From: Burkholderiales bacterium
Lineage (GTDB): Bacteria; Pseudomonadota; Gammaproteobacteria; Burkholderiales; JAEUMW01
Assembly (NCBI GenBank): GCA_040507665.1
Contig: JBEVOI010000118.1
Location: 1-41,892, forward strand
Direction: 5' to 3'
Length of the DNA: 41,892 nucleotides
In this document: one piece after another, positions 22,782 through 37,268 of the stretch
How positions within the stretch are numbered: the first letter of the stretch is position 1
Layout: each line of letters opens with the position of its first letter
Made by a program: the position numbers and the translations under genes
The notes under the pieces: generated by a model
The model's database searches: none
The model's input: the letters and a program-made list of their open reading frames with translations, nothing else
What the model was told of the DNA's origin: nothing

Positions 22782-23582
22782 ATGGCCATCAGCATCAAGA
22801 GCCCCGAAGAAATCGAGAAGATGCGTATCGCCGGCCGCCTCGCGGCTGAGGTTCTCGATTACATCGAGCCCTACGTCAAGCCTGGGATCACTACCGGCGA
22901 GCTCGACGACCTTTGCCACCAATACATGACCCAGGTTCAGAAAACGGTGCCTGCGCCCCTCAACTATGCACCGCCGGGCTACCATCCGTTTCCCCGCTCC
23001 ATCTGCACTTCGGTAAACCACGTGGTTTGCCACGGGATTCCGGGAGACAAGCGGCTCAAGGCGGGCGACGTCGTCAACATCGACGTGACCGTGATCAAGG
23101 ACGGTTACCACGGTGACACGAGCCGGATGTTCAGCGTCGGAGAACCGTCGATCCAGGCGCGACGCCTCTCCGAGATCACCTACGAATGCATGTGGAAGGG
23201 CATTACGATGGTGCGTCCAGGCGCCCAGCTTGGCGACATCGGTCACGTCATCCAGGCCCACGCGGAGTCCCATGGCTTCAGCGTGGTGCGCGAATTCTGC
23301 GGCCATGGGATCGGCGCGAGGTTTCATGAGGAGCCACAAGTGCTCCACTACGGCCGTCCGGGGACTGGGCTCAAGCTCCAGGCGGGCATGACCTTTACCA
23401 TCGAGCCCATGGTCAATGCCGGGCGCCCCGCGATCCGGCAGCTCGCGGACGGCTGGACCATCGTCACCAAGGACCACAGCCTCTCGGCGCAATGGGAGCA
23501 CACGGTCCTCGTCACTGAATCCGGGTTCGAGATCCTCACGCGGTCCGCCGGCTCGCCGCTGCCCCCGGCCTTCGCCGGCTAG
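22782..23582 (+). CDS. map: Type I methionine aminopeptidase
   Basis: Metal-ligand regions VCHGIPG, DVVNIDVT, GHGIG, FTIEP and QWEHTV. Divergent from rpsB, as in many Proteobacteria. Confidence 0.95.
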   Translation: MAISIKSPEEIEKMRIAGRLAAEVLDYIEPYVKPGITTGELDDLCHQYMTQVQKTVPAPLNYAPPGYHPFPRSICTSVNHVVCHGIPGDKRLKAGDVVNIDVTVIKDGYHGDTSRMFSVGEPSIQARRLSEITYECMWKGITMVRPGAQLGDIGHVIQAHAESHGFSVVREFCGHGIGARFHEEPQVLHYGRPGTGLKLQAGMTFTIEPMVNAGRPAIRQLADGWTIVTKDHSLSAQWEHTVLVTESGFEILTRSAGSPLPPAFAG

Positions 23583-23588
23583 AAGCGA

Positions 23589-26177
23589 ATGGACCTTACC
23601 GTTTCCGCGCCGGCCAGGTCGGCCCAGTCCATCGCTCTGTGGAAGCAAGCCCTGAAGGAAGGGCGTGAAGGTTTGCGCAAGGCTTTTTTGCTCGGCTCGC
23701 CGGTCTCGTTCGTGCTCACCCATCATCGCCAGCTGGTGGACAGTCTGATGCGGACCATCTGGCGCAGTCTCGATCTGCCCGCCGACGCGGCGCTTGCAGC
23801 GGTCGGGGGCTACGGTCGCGGGGAGCTCTTCCCGTATTCGGACGTGGACGTGCTGGTGTTGCTCCCCTCGGGCGGTGAAGACCGTTACCAGGTCCGCGTC
23901 GAGGAACTGGTCGGCATCCTATGGGACATCGGCCTCGACATTGGTCATAGCGTGCGAACCGTACCCCAGTGCGCCGAGCTCGCCACCACGGACGTCACCA
24001 TCCAGACCAACCTGCTCGAGGCTCGGTGGCTCGCGGGCAGCCGCAAGCAGTTTGGTCGCGTGCGGCGCGTCGTCTCGGAAAAGCTGGATCCGCAGACCTT
24101 TTTCATTGCCAAGCAACTCGAGCAGCAGCAGCGATACGAGCGCTCCAACGACACCGCCTTCAATCTGGAGCCTAACCTCAAGGACTGCCCGGGGGGATTG
24201 CGCGATCTGCAGACGATCCTCTGGATCAGTCGTGCTGCCGGGCTCGGTGCGCGGTGGGAGGACCTGGCCGCCGAGCGCCTGATCACGGGAGACGAGGCGC
24301 GCCAGATCAAGCGCGACGAGCTCTTCCTGCGCAGCTTGCGGGTGCGCCTGCACTACCTGGCTGGCCGGCGCGAGGACAGGCTGCTTTTCGATTTCCAGAC
24401 CGCACTGGCGCAGGAGCTGGGCTACGCAGACACCGCTGTGCGCCGGGCGAGCGAGCAGATGATGCAACGCTTCTACCGGACCGCGAAAAGCGTGCGCCAA
24501 CTGAACAGCATCCTCCTGATCAACCTTCGTGCTCGCATCTTCCCACAGGAAGCTGGCGTGCCTTTCGTGCTGAACGAGCGGTTTGAGATGCACAATGAGC
24601 GGCTCGACGCACGGACGACGGACCTGTTCGAGCGCGAGCCGAGCGCAATCCTGGAGGCGTTCCTCCTGCTCCAGCAACACCTCGGGCTGCAGGGTCTCGG
24701 GCCAGAGACGTTGCGCGCGCTGTGGCGCGCCCGCACCCGCATCGGCGCGGCTTTCCGCCGCGACCCGCGCAACCAAGCGCTCTTCCTAGAGGTTCTGCGG
24801 CAACCGGACGCTGTGGTGCGCGTACTCCGGCTCATGAACCTGTACGGAGTGCTCCCTCGTTACATGCCGGAGTTCGGCCGCATTGTGGGCCAGATGCAGC
24901 ACGACCTCTTTCACGTCTACACGGTCGACGAGCACATCCTGAAGGTGGTGCGTAACCTCCGCAGATTCACTTTGAAGGAGTTCACCCATGAGTATCCGCT
25001 TTGCAGCCGGCTCATGGCGGACTTTGAGCGGCCCGAGATGCTCTACATCGCAGCTCTTTTTCACGACATCGCGAAAGGCCGCGGCGGCGATCACTCCGAG
25101 CTCGGCGCCCGGGACGCACGCCGCTTCTGCCGCCGCCACCACCTGGCGCGAGAAGACACGGAGCTCGTGACATGGCTCGTTCGGGATCATCTCGTGATGT
25201 CGCTCACGGCGCAGAAGCAGGATCTTGCCGATCCGGAGGTCGTGGGCAGATTCGCGCGGGGCGTTGGCACCCAGCGACGGCTCGTGGCGCTTTATCTGCT
25301 TACCGTGGCCGATATCCGCGGCACCAGCCCAAAGGTCTGGAACGGCTGGAAGGCGAAGCTGCTGGAAGACTTGTTCTGGGCAACCGAGCGCGTCCTCGCC
25401 GGCGACGGCTCCGCGATCGACTCGACCCTTACGCGGCGCAAGGAGGAGGCGCTGGCGAAGCTGCGCCTGTATGCCGTCGGCGATGGCGCGGAGAACGCAC
25501 TCTGGGACAAGCTCGATACGGCCTACTTCCTGCGCCACGATCCTCAGGAGATCGCGTGGCACACGCGCCAGCTTTTCTTTCGCCCGAATACGCTCGAGCC
25601 GGTGGTGAAGGCGCGTCCCTCTCCCGCCGGCGAGGGACTGCAAGTCATGATCTACACACCAGACCAGAAGGACCTGTTCGCTCGGATCTGCAGCTTTTTC
25701 GAGCGGATGAGCTACAACATCGTCGAGGCGAAGATCTACACGACGCGCGATGGTTACGCGCTCGACAGCTTCCAGGTGCTGGACGCGAACAACAGCACGA
25801 CCCATTACCGGGACGTGATCAGCATCATCGAGCATGATCTCGCCGAGCGCATCGCGAAGCACGCGCCGCTCGAGCCGCCTGCCACCGGGCGCCTGTCGCG
25901 CCATCTCAAGCACTTTCCCATCACCCCTGCCGTCGGGCTTTATCGAGACGAGCGGGGCGCGTTTCACATCCTTACCATCGTGGCGGGAGACCGCCCGGGA
26001 CTGCTATCGCGCATTTCCCGTGTGTTGGTGGAATACAGCATCGAACTGCACACGGCGAAGATCAACACCCTCGGCGAGCGCGCCGAGGACACATTCCTGG
26101 TGACGGGTGCTGCGCTGCGCGAGCCGAAGACAACACTACGCCTCGAAGCGGACCTCTTGACCGCGCTCCAGACCTAG
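23589..26177 (+). CDS. glnD: Bifunctional [protein-PII] uridylyltransferase / uridylyl-removing enzyme
   Basis: 862 aa. Nucleotidyltransferase motif GGYGRGELFPYSDVDVLVL, an HD domain (LFHDIAKG) and two C-terminal ACT-like domains. Starts 6 nt after the map stop. Confidence 0.94.
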   Translation: MDLTVSAPARSAQSIALWKQALKEGREGLRKAFLLGSPVSFVLTHHRQLVDSLMRTIWRSLDLPADAALAAVGGYGRGELFPYSDVDVLVLLPSGGEDRYQVRVEELVGILWDIGLDIGHSVRTVPQCAELATTDVTIQTNLLEARWLAGSRKQFGRVRRVVSEKLDPQTFFIAKQLEQQQRYERSNDTAFNLEPNLKDCPGGLRDLQTILWISRAAGLGARWEDLAAERLITGDEARQIKRDELFLRSLRVRLHYLAGRREDRLLFDFQTALAQELGYADTAVRRASEQMMQRFYRTAKSVRQLNSILLINLRARIFPQEAGVPFVLNERFEMHNERLDARTTDLFEREPSAILEAFLLLQQHLGLQGLGPETLRALWRARTRIGAAFRRDPRNQALFLEVLRQPDAVVRVLRLMNLYGVLPRYMPEFGRIVGQMQHDLFHVYTVDEHILKVVRNLRRFTLKEFTHEYPLCSRLMADFERPEMLYIAALFHDIAKGRGGDHSELGARDARRFCRRHHLAREDTELVTWLVRDHLVMSLTAQKQDLADPEVVGRFARGVGTQRRLVALYLLTVADIRGTSPKVWNGWKAKLLEDLFWATERVLAGDGSAIDSTLTRRKEEALAKLRLYAVGDGAENALWDKLDTAYFLRHDPQEIAWHTRQLFFRPNTLEPVVKARPSPAGEGLQVMIYTPDQKDLFARICSFFERMSYNIVEAKIYTTRDGYALDSFQVLDANNSTTHYRDVISIIEHDLAERIAKHAPLEPPATGRLSRHLKHFPITPAVGLYRDERGAFHILTIVAGDRPGLLSRISRVLVEYSIELHTAKINTLGERAEDTFLVTGAALREPKTTLRLEADLLTALQT

Positions 26178-26234
26178 GCAACCTAGGCCGGGGTGTCGGA
26201 AGGATGCAGGCGCCGGGTGGCCCGGGGCAGCGAA

Positions 26235-26768
26235 TCAGTCGTCGGTGCCGGCGAGTTCCGGGAAGAGCACCTCGGTGTAGCCGAAGTTGCGCAGGTCCCG
26301 GATCCGCATCGGATACAGAATCCCGAGCAGATGATCAACCTCGTGCTGCACCACCCGCGCGTGGAAGCCCGACACGCTGCGGTCAATGGGCGTTCCGAGC
26401 TGGTCGAATCCCCGGTAACGTAGACGTTCATAGCGTGGTACCAGGCCCCGCATACCCGGTACCGACAGGCATCCTTCCCACCCCTCCTCCTTCCCTTCAC
26501 CGATCGGCGTGAGCAAGGGGTTGACCAGTACCGTGTACGGCACCTCCTCGACCTCGGGGTAGCGGGGATTACGCTGCACGCCGAAGATCACGACCTGCAG
26601 GCCGACCCCGATCTGGGGAGCGGCGAGACCGGCTCCATCGAGCGCTTCCATGGTGTCGTGCATGTCCCGGATCAGGGCATCGAGCTCGGGCGTGCCGAAC
26701 GTTTCCACCGCCTCCGACGGCTCCAGCAGCCGCGGATCGCCCATCTTCAGCACCGATCTAACCGCCAT
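26235..26768 (-). CDS. def: Peptide deformylase
   Basis: All three catalytic motifs are present: [18 protein letters not shown] and QHEVDHLLG. No fmt gene follows it. Confidence 0.93.
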   Translation of the reverse strand: MAVRSVLKMGDPRLLEPSEAVETFGTPELDALIRDMHDTMEALDGAGLAAPQIGVGLQVVIFGVQRNPRYPEVEEVPYTVLVNPLLTPIGEGKEEGWEGCLSVPGMRGLVPRYERLRYRGFDQLGTPIDRSVSGFHARVVQHEVDHLLGILYPMRIRDLRNFGYTEVLFPELAGTDD

Positions 26769-27504
26769 GGACTTCTACCAGTCGATCGAGTATGCGCTTC
26801 ACTCTGCCCACGGCGGCCTGCAGCGTGATCTGCAGTTCCTGCAACCGGATGCCGTCACGGCTGGCCCCGCGTCCGGCGGCACAATTCGCGACCACGGCGA
26901 TCGATGCGTACTCGAGCCCGATCTCCCGTGCGAGCGCAGCTTCGGGCATACCCGTCATTCCGACCATGTGCACGCCGTCCCGCTCGAGGCGGTCGATCTC
27001 GGCAGCCGTTTCGAGCCGGGGCCCTTGGGTAGCGCCGTATACTCCCCCCAGCTTCAGCGGCACTTTGGCGAGCTCGGCGGCCCGGAGGCATTTGTCCTGC
27101 AGCCCGCTCGAGTAGGGGTGCGTAAAGTCCACATGCGTCACCGGTTGTTCGGGCCCCTCGAAGAATGTGTTCTTGCGGCTGTGAGTGTAGTCGATGATCT
27201 GATCCGGAAGCACCAACGCACCGGGTTCGAGATCGGGCCGAATCCCGCCAACCGACGCGATTGCGATTACACCACTCGCTTGGAGCGAATGGAGGGCCCA
27301 TATGTTCGCGCGGTAGTTCACGCTGTGTGGCGGGATCGTGTGGCCGTAGCCGTGGCGCGCGAGAAACACGATGTCGCAGCGGTTGAGGCGACCGAACGTC
27401 AGCGCGCCGGACGGCTCGCCGTAGGGCGTACGGATGACTTGGCGCTCGGCCACTTCGAGGTTGGCCAGGTGAGCGAAGCCGGAGCCACCGATAATCGCCA
27501 GCAT
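26758..27504 (-). CDS. S-methyl-5'-thioadenosine / S-methyl-5'-thioinosine phosphorylase (PNP family, short form)
   Basis: [16 protein letters not shown]...TPYGEPS...[25 protein letters not shown]...[17 protein letters not shown]. The start is ATG 27504; the track ORF is over-extended to 27693. Overlaps the def start by 11 nt. Confidence 0.88.
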   Translation of the reverse strand: MLAIIGGSGFAHLANLEVAERQVIRTPYGEPSGALTFGRLNRCDIVFLARHGYGHTIPPHSVNYRANIWALHSLQASGVIAIASVGGIRPDLEPGALVLPDQIIDYTHSRKNTFFEGPEQPVTHVDFTHPYSSGLQDKCLRAAELAKVPLKLGGVYGATQGPRLETAAEIDRLERDGVHMVGMTGMPEAALAREIGLEYASIAVVANCAAGRGASRDGIRLQELQITLQAAVGRVKRILDRLVEVHGG

Positions 27505-27527
27505 GGAATGTTTCCGAGAGTCGCTGA

Positions 27528-28112
27528 TCAGGCCGATTTGAGGGCGTAGATTGCGGGAAGGTTGCGCCAGAGGCCGTGGACGTCCATGCCGAATCCAAAC
27601 ACATAGCGGTCCGGCACGCGGACCCCCACAAAGTCCGCCGTGATCGGCTTCGGGCGGCCGATCTCCTTGTCCGCGAGAACCGCGCTGTAACACGCCTCCG
27701 CGCCGCCCTCCAGTATGCGCGCTCGCACTGCAGCGAGAGTCTCACCCTCGTCGAGTATATCGTCCAGCACTAGCACGATGCGCCCCGCGATGGTCTCCTT
27801 CGGCCCGACGTGCCAACTGATCTCGCCACCCTTGGTACCCCGCCCATAGCGGGTCACGTGGATATAGTCGAAATCGAGGGGAAAGCGCAGTTGCGTCAGG
27901 AGATGCCCGGTAAAGACCACGGCGCCACCCATCACCGACAGGACGAGTGGCCGATCCCGGGCGAGTCGAGCGGTGATCTCCTCGGCTACCCGCCGCACCG
28001 CATCTGAGACGACAAGGGCGGAGCAGACCTGGTCCGCCGAATCGAGCAGCTTCCAGGCTTCCTGCGCCGCATTCATGTCAGTGGGCAACAATACCTCGCG
28101 GTGCGACGCCAT
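27528..28112 (-). CDS. Hypoxanthine/guanine phosphoribosyltransferase (type I PRTase)
   Basis: PRPP-binding motif RIVLVLDDILDEGETL and C-terminal FVFGFGMD. The start is ATG 28112 (MASHREVLL...); the track ORF is over-extended to 28253, into galU. Confidence 0.85.
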   Translation of the reverse strand: MASHREVLLPTDMNAAQEAWKLLDSADQVCSALVVSDAVRRVAEEITARLARDRPLVLSVMGGAVVFTGHLLTQLRFPLDFDYIHVTRYGRGTKGGEISWHVGPKETIAGRIVLVLDDILDEGETLAAVRARILEGGAEACYSAVLADKEIGRPKPITADFVGVRVPDRYVFGFGMDVHGLWRNLPAIYALKSA

Positions 28113-28138
28113 CGTCCCAATACTTTGCTCGCAAGTGA

Positions 28139-32225
<4,087 letters not shown>

Positions 32226-32232
32226 GCCGCGT

Positions 32233-35200
32233 TCAGGCGGTTGCCTCCTCCTGCATCTTCATCGCTTCTTCGACGTCCACGGCGACCACCCGGGACACCC
32301 CGAGCTCCTGCATGGTGACACCGACGAGCTGTTCGGCGAACTCCATGGTGATCTTGTTGTGGCTGATGACGATGAACTGCGTGTGCGCCGCCATTGTCTT
32401 CAGCAGCCGGCAAAACCGCTCCGTGTTGGTGTCGTCGAGCGGGGCGTCTACCTCGTCCAGCAGGCAGAAAGGTGCGGGATTCAGCATGAAGAGCGAGAAC
32501 ACCAGCGCAAGCGCGGAAAGCGCCTTCTCGCCGCCGGAGAGCAGATGAATGGAGGTGTTCTTCTTGCCCGGGGGCTGCGCAATCACCAGCACCCCGCTGT
32601 CCAGGATCTCATCGCCGGTCAAAACCAGTTTCGCCTGGCCGCCTCCGAAGAGCGCCGGGAACATTTCGGCGAGATGGGCGTTCACCTGCTCGAAGGTCGC
32701 GAGCAGCCGTTCCCGCGTCTCCCGGTCAATGCGGCGTATCGCTGCTTCAAGCGTCTCCATGGCTTCGGTCAGGTCCGCAGACTGGGCGTCCAGATAGCGC
32801 TTGCGCTCGCTCGCCGACGCGAGTTCGTCCACCGCTGCCAGGTTCACCGCACCGAGGGCCGTAATTTCGCCGTCGAGACGCACGATCTCATTGTTAAGCG
32901 TGCCCGAACGCACACCCTTTTCCAGCATGCCGCGAAGCTCGTTCTCGTCAGCCTGCGCCTCTTCGAGCTGGCGGGCGAAGCTTTCCTCGTTCAGCCGCGC
33001 CTCCTGCTCCTTGAGCCGGAGGTCGTTGATGCGCTCGCGCAGCGGGTCCAGCTTCTGCTCCGCGCCGATTCGCTCCTCCTCGGCCCCGCGCAGGCTCGAA
33101 TCGACCGACTCCACATTCCGCCGCGAGTCGTTGACTTTCTGCTCGCGCTCGCTTCGCCGCGCAAGCCCGGACTGCAGTGTCTCCGCGAGCGGCGCTTCGT
33201 CGAAACGCACCCGCTCGGCCTGTAGCTCCGCTAGGCTGGCTGCCTCCTGGGTCGCCTGCTCTTCAAGGAAATGAAGCTGGTTGTCCAGTTCCTCAAGCTT
33301 GGAGACGCAAGTCTTGCGTTGGAACTCGGCTTCCTGGAATTGCCGCTCCGCACCCGGCACCTGCTGGCGCCGGCGATCAAGTTCCCGCTCCGCGTCGGCG
33401 AAGCGTTCGCGGGCGGCGGCTAGCCGTGATCGACCGAGATGGAGCTCGTCACCGAAACGCGCGAGATTGGCATCGGCGATCCGGCGCTGGGTGGATTCAA
33501 GAGTTGCTTGCTCATCGATCTCCGCAAGCTCCCCCTCGATCTGGGCGTCGCGCCCGCGTGCCCGCTCGTTTTGCTCCACGAGTTTCAGATGCTCGAGCTG
33601 CAGCTGGTGCCGCTCCTGGCGCTCACCCTCCAGGCGCTGGCGCGCCTCATCAATCTCTTGCCGGGCTGCCCGCAGGGTTTCCTGCGCGCGGTCGCGGGCG
33701 CCCCGTTTGCCGGCAAGCACAGCCTCCTGAGCGTCCGACTCGATGCGCAGGTGCTCGATCTCCCGCTGACGGCTGATCACACCGTGCAGCTCCGATTCGG
33801 GGGCGTGGAACACCACGCTGCGACGCGTAAACAGGTGCCCGTCACGGCAGACGATCATCTCGCCGACCTCCAGACGATCGCGGGCCGCGAGCGCCGCATG
33901 GCCGTCCTCCGCCAGATAGACCCGAGTCAGCCACTCTTCGAGCAACGGCGGCACGGCAGCGTCCTTGCACTGGACCAACTCCACGAGCCGCGGCAATCCA
34001 CGGTCCGGCACCGAGACGGGCGACGCAGGCGATACGCCCCCGCTACCAAACATGGCGAGCTTTCCGGGCGGCTTGTCGTCGATCCAGATATCCGCCCGCG
34101 CGAGATCGCCGACTTCGACCGCATTCAGACGCTCGCGCAGCACCGACTCCAACGCGTCCTCCCACCCCGCCTCGATGTCGATGCCCTGCCAGAGCCGCGG
34201 CAGCGCGTCGACGCCGTGACGGGTGAGCCACTCGCCCAGCCCCTCGCTCTTCGCCACACGACTCTGGAGTTGCTCGAGGGCGTTGAGGCGCGCGCTGATC
34301 TCCGCCAGCCGCTGGGTCGCGTCTTCGACCGCGTCGGCCGCACCGTGCGCAGTCTGCTCGCTGCCCGGCAAGGCTCGCTCCATCCCCGCCAGCCGCTCGT
34401 GCAGGCTACCGAGCTCAGCATCCATAGCCGCGATGCGCTGCTCGACGTCGACCAGTGACTGCGCATCGGGATGCGCCAGCGCGCCGCGCTCCTCGAGCAA
34501 CCGTCCACGACGCTGCGAGTGCTGCGCAAGCAGCTTCTCTGCATGCTCGCGACGGGTCTCCTCGACGCGCCAAGCTTGCTCGGCCTCGGACAAGGACTTT
34601 GAAATGCTCTCCACTTCTACCTGGAGCGCGCGGAAGTTCGCTTCGCTGCCTGGCACGATCTCGCGCTCTGCTTCGAGGCGCAGACGGCAGGCCTCCGCCC
34701 CCCGACTTGCTGCAGCGAGCTGCTCCTCCCAGTCCCTTCGCGACGCCTGCAGACTCTCGCGCTGGGCCCGGCCCTGCGCGATGCGGCTCTCGATCGATGC
34801 AATGCGCTGCTCGGCGCGACTGCGGTTGTCCCGTACGAACTGGAGCTCCTGCTCGACCCGCGCGACCTCGGCATTGGCCTCGTAGAGTGCACCCTGCGCC
34901 GCGTGCAACGCGTCGCCCGCGGCATAGTGGTCCGCGCGCAGGTGCTCCACTCTCTTTTCGACTTCGCGCACGTGGGCAATCTCCGCCTCCAGGTCCACCG
35001 ACACCCGCTCCAGCTCCCGCTGCAGCCGGCCGCGCTGATTTGCGATTTCCTGCTTTTTCACGTACCACAGCAGCTGCCGCGCACGCGTAAGCTCGGCCTG
35101 CAGCGTCCGGTAGCGCTGCGCCACCTCCGCCTGTGCCGCGAGATGCTCAAGCTGGGCTCCGAGCTCGCGCCGGATGTCTTCGACCCGGGTCAGGTTATCG

Positions 35201-35763
35201 CGCGTGTCGGCGAGCCGAAGCTCGGTCTCCCGGCGACGCTCCCGGTATTTTGAAACGCCAGCAGCCTCTTCAAGGAAGATCCGAATCTCTTCCGGTTTTG
35301 CCTCGACGATGCGGGAGATCGTTCCCTGCTCGATGATCGCGTAGGCGCGTCCGCCCAGCCCGGTGCCCAGAAAGATATCGGCAACGTCCCGCCGGCGTAC
35401 ATGCAGATTGTTGATGTAGTAGGAGGAATCCCCATCCCGCTGAAGCACCCGCTTAACGACGATCTCGGCATACTGAGACCAGGCACCCCCCGCCTTGCCG
35501 AGACTGTTGTCGAAGTGCATCTCGACACTGGCACGCCCGGCGGGCTTGCGCTCACCGGCGCCGTTGAAGATGACGTCCTGCATGGTCTCGCCGCGCAGGT
35601 GACGCGCCGAGGACTCGCCCAGCACCCACCGCACGGCGTCGATGACGTTCGACTTCCCGCACCCGTTCGGACCGACGATCCCCACGATCTGTCCTGGCAG
35701 CGAAACCTGCGTGGGTTCGACAAAGGACTTGAATCCGGCGAGCTTGAGGTGAGTAAGGCGCAA
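32233..35763 (-). CDS. smc: Chromosome segregation protein SMC
   Basis: N-terminal Walker A (GPNGCGKSN), long coiled coils, a hinge, and a C-terminal signature plus Walker B ([18 protein letters not shown]...[12 protein letters not shown]). I propose the TTG at 35763, which gives (M)[13 protein letters not shown], the canonical SMC N-terminus. The track ORF is over-extended to 35844. Confidence 0.92.
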   Translation of the reverse strand: MRLTHLKLAGFKSFVEPTQVSLPGQIVGIVGPNGCGKSNVIDAVRWVLGESSARHLRGETMQDVIFNGAGERKPAGRASVEMHFDNSLGKAGGAWSQYAEIVVKRVLQRDGDSSYYINNLHVRRRDVADIFLGTGLGGRAYAIIEQGTISRIVEAKPEEIRIFLEEAAGVSKYRERRRETELRLADTRDNLTRVEDIRRELGAQLEHLAAQAEVAQRYRTLQAELTRARQLLWYVKKQEIANQRGRLQRELERVSVDLEAEIAHVREVEKRVEHLRADHYAAGDALHAAQGALYEANAEVARVEQELQFVRDNRSRAEQRIASIESRIAQGRAQRESLQASRRDWEEQLAAASRGAEACRLRLEAEREIVPGSEANFRALQVEVESISKSLSEAEQAWRVEETRREHAEKLLAQHSQRRGRLLEERGALAHPDAQSLVDVEQRIAAMDAELGSLHERLAGMERALPGSEQTAHGAADAVEDATQRLAEISARLNALEQLQSRVAKSEGLGEWLTRHGVDALPRLWQGIDIEAGWEDALESVLRERLNAVEVGDLARADIWIDDKPPGKLAMFGSGGVSPASPVSVPDRGLPRLVELVQCKDAAVPPLLEEWLTRVYLAEDGHAALAARDRLEVGEMIVCRDGHLFTRRSVVFHAPESELHGVISRQREIEHLRIESDAQEAVLAGKRGARDRAQETLRAARQEIDEARQRLEGERQERHQLQLEHLKLVEQNERARGRDAQIEGELAEIDEQATLESTQRRIADANLARFGDELHLGRSRLAAARERFADAERELDRRRQQVPGAERQFQEAEFQRKTCVSKLEELDNQLHFLEEQATQEAASLAELQAERVRFDEAPLAETLQSGLARRSEREQKVNDSRRNVESVDSSLRGAEEERIGAEQKLDPLRERINDLRLKEQEARLNEESFARQLEEAQADENELRGMLEKGVRSGTLNNEIVRLDGEITALGAVNLAAVDELASASERKRYLDAQSADLTEAMETLEAAIRRIDRETRERLLATFEQVNAHLAEMFPALFGGGQAKLVLTGDEILDSGVLVIAQPPGKKNTSIHLLSGGEKALSALALVFSLFMLNPAPFCLLDEVDAPLDDTNTERFCRLLKTMAAHTQFIVISHNKITMEFAEQLVGVTMQELGVSRVVAVDVEEAMKMQEEATA

Positions 35764-35792
35764 GGCAGTGGCGACGAGGAAGTTATAATAGG

Positions 35793-35857
35793 AAACCTCT
35801 GCCGTATGTGCTGGTTGCAGCGCATCGCTCGCGCAGCCTCGCACTCGTCAGAGGTTT
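35793..35857. repeat. 9-bp inverted repeat AAACCTCTG ... CAGAGGTTT (47-nt spacer) in the smc / queF divergent intergenic region
   Basis: The arms at 35793..35801 and 35849..35857 are perfect reverse complements. The repeat lies between the smc start (35763) and the queF start (35896). Confidence 0.5.
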
Positions 35858-35895
35858 GGATATGGAATGTTACCCCAACTCGACGAGCGGAGAGA

Positions 35896-36315
35896 ATGCC
35901 GAGCCGAACGAATCGGACCCTGGAGACCTTCGACAACCCGAATCCGGAGCGTGACTTCGTGATTTACATGGAGATTCCAGAGTTTACGTGCCTGTGCCCG
36001 AAGACTGGGCAGCCCGACTTCGCGACCCTGCACCTCGCCTACGTCCCGGACCGCAAGTGCGTGGAGCTGAAAAGCCTGAAGCTCTACATCTGGTCGTACC
36101 GGGACGAAGGGGTATTTCACGAGGCCGTCACAAACCGCATTCTGGACGACCTTGCGGCAGCGGCGAAACCCCGCTTCATGCGACTGACAGCACGATTCTA
36201 CGTCCGCGGTGGCATCTTCACCCACGTTATTGCCGAGCACCGCAAGCGCGGCTGGAAGCCTCCTCCGAGAGTCGACCTCGGGGAATTTCGTTCCGCCTCG
36301 CCGACGCGCAGCTAA
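35896..36315 (+). CDS. queF: NADPH-dependent 7-cyano-7-deazaguanine (preQ0) reductase, unimodular type
   Basis: 139 aa. Contains the catalytic Cys region [15 protein letters not shown] and the motif [20 protein letters not shown] 35896 is preceded by GGAGAG. The track ORF is over-extended to 35401. Confidence 0.92.
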   Translation: MPSRTNRTLETFDNPNPERDFVIYMEIPEFTCLCPKTGQPDFATLHLAYVPDRKCVELKSLKLYIWSYRDEGVFHEAVTNRILDDLAAAAKPRFMRLTARFYVRGGIFTHVIAEHRKRGWKPPPRVDLGEFRSASPTRS

Positions 36316-36377
36316 CCGAAGCGCCGAGTCGACGATTGGTCGAGCATCTCAACCCCCACGCCAGCAGGAAACCGAAC

Positions 36378-37199
36378 ATGAAAGAGTTGCAAGGCGCCAT
36401 CGACGATGCCTTCGAGCGACGCGCGGACATCACGCCGCGAAGTGCGGAAGCAAACGTGAGAGAAGCAGTGGATCACGTGCTGGAGATGCTGGACGCCGGA
36501 CGCCTGCGCGTCGCGGAAAAGGTCGACGGGCACTGGGTCACGCATGAGTGGATCAAGAAGGCGGTGCTGCTTTCGTTCCGACTGGAAGACAACAGCCTGA
36601 TCAAGAGCGGCCATACCAACTACTTCGACAAGGTGCCCTCGAAGTTCGGCGACTACGGCTCGCGCGACTTTCGGAGTGGGGGGTTCCGCGTTGTGCCCCC
36701 GGCATCGGTGCGAAGGGGTGCCTATATCGGAAAGAACGTTGTGCTCATGCCCTCCTTTGTGAACATCGGCGCCCATGTGGACGATGGCACAATGGTGGAT
36801 ACGTGGGCCACCGTCGGATCCTGCGCCCAGATCGGGAAGAACGTTCACCTGTCGGGGGGAGTCGGTATCGGCGGTGTGCTCGAGCCGCTGCAAGCGTCCC
36901 CGACCATCATCGAAGACAACTGCTTCATCGGCGCGCGCGCCGAAGTGGCGGAGGGTGTGGTCGTCGAAGAAGGAGCGGTCATCTCCATGGGCGTCTATCT
37001 CGGCCAGAGCACAAGGATCTTCAACCGAGAGACGGGCGAGGTTGCCTATGGTCGCGTTCCCGCAGGGGCCGTGGTCGTGCCGGGAAACCTGCCCGCGGCC
37101 GATGGAAAACACAGCCTGTACTGCGCCGTGATCGTGAAGCAGGTCGATGCGAAGACCCGCGCAAAGACCGGAATCAACGAGCTCTTGCGGGGAATCTAA
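36378..37199 (+). CDS. dapD: 2,3,4,5-tetrahydropyridine-2,6-dicarboxylate N-succinyltransferase
   Basis: 273 aa from ATG 36378 ([20 protein letters not shown]...). Has a hexapeptide-repeat beta-helix and the C-terminus ...[13 protein letters not shown]. The track ORF is over-extended to 35988. Confidence 0.93.
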   Translation: MKELQGAIDDAFERRADITPRSAEANVREAVDHVLEMLDAGRLRVAEKVDGHWVTHEWIKKAVLLSFRLEDNSLIKSGHTNYFDKVPSKFGDYGSRDFRSGGFRVVPPASVRRGAYIGKNVVLMPSFVNIGAHVDDGTMVDTWATVGSCAQIGKNVHLSGGVGIGGVLEPLQASPTIIEDNCFIGARAEVAEGVVVEEGAVISMGVYLGQSTRIFNRETGEVAYGRVPAGAVVVPGNLPAADGKHSLYCAVIVKQVDAKTRAKTGINELLRGI

Positions 37200-37207
37200 C
37201 CGCTTCT

Positions 37208-37226
37208 ACCGGCCCGAGCCGCCGGT
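37208..37226 (+). terminator. Weak hairpin just after the dapD stop (ACCGGC-ccgagcc-GCCGGT), no U tract
   Basis: 6-bp stem with a 7-nt loop, starting 9 nt after the dapD stop codon. It lacks a downstream T run, so intrinsic-terminator function is doubtful. Confidence 0.2.
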
Positions 37227-37253
37227 CGCTCCCGCGAAGTGACCGCTTATCAG

Positions 37254-37268
37254 TGGCACAAAGCTTGC
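37254..37268 (+). promoter_or_regulatory. Sigma54 (RpoN) -24/-12 promoter-like element TGGCAC-N5-TTGC
   Basis: Reads TGGCACaaagcTTGCc. It matches the TGGCAC-N5-TTGC core with correct spacing. It lies in the 267-bp dapD / PilU-like intergenic region, about 200 nt upstream of ATG 37467. Confidence 0.5.

Noticed and set aside
22629-23726. 365-aa minus-strand ORF opposite map and the start of glnD
   Set aside because: It lies antisense to two genes with clear catalytic motifs. Its composition is Arg/Gly/Pro-rich with no recognisable domain, which is typical of spurious open frames in GC-rich DNA.
26178-26234. Possible bidirectional terminator between the convergent glnD and def genes (CCGGG-tgg-CCCGG)
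   Set aside because: The stem is only 5 bp with a 3-nt loop and there are no flanking T/A runs. This is too weak to call.
35846-35895. AGAGGTTT...TACCCC...A-rich stretch upstream of queF that superficially resembles a preQ1-I riboswitch
   Set aside because: No P1 partner (CCTCT) follows the AGAGG, there is no A-rich tail or ACUA pseudoknot element, and the spacing is wrong. The AGAGGTTT is better explained as one arm of the 9-bp inverted repeat.
35401-37199. Long N-terminal extensions of track ORFs: queF from 35401 and dapD from 35988. The same applies to tsf to 21792, smc to 35844, the phosphorylase to 27693, HGPRT to 28253, TrmH to 5526, fabZ to 11393, skp to 12977, dxr to 17758, lpxB to 9995 and uppS to 19475
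   Set aside because: The extensions overlap upstream genes, are compositionally aberrant, and precede internal starts that reproduce canonical family N-termini, often with an SD or a stop/start junction. I used the shorter coordinates.
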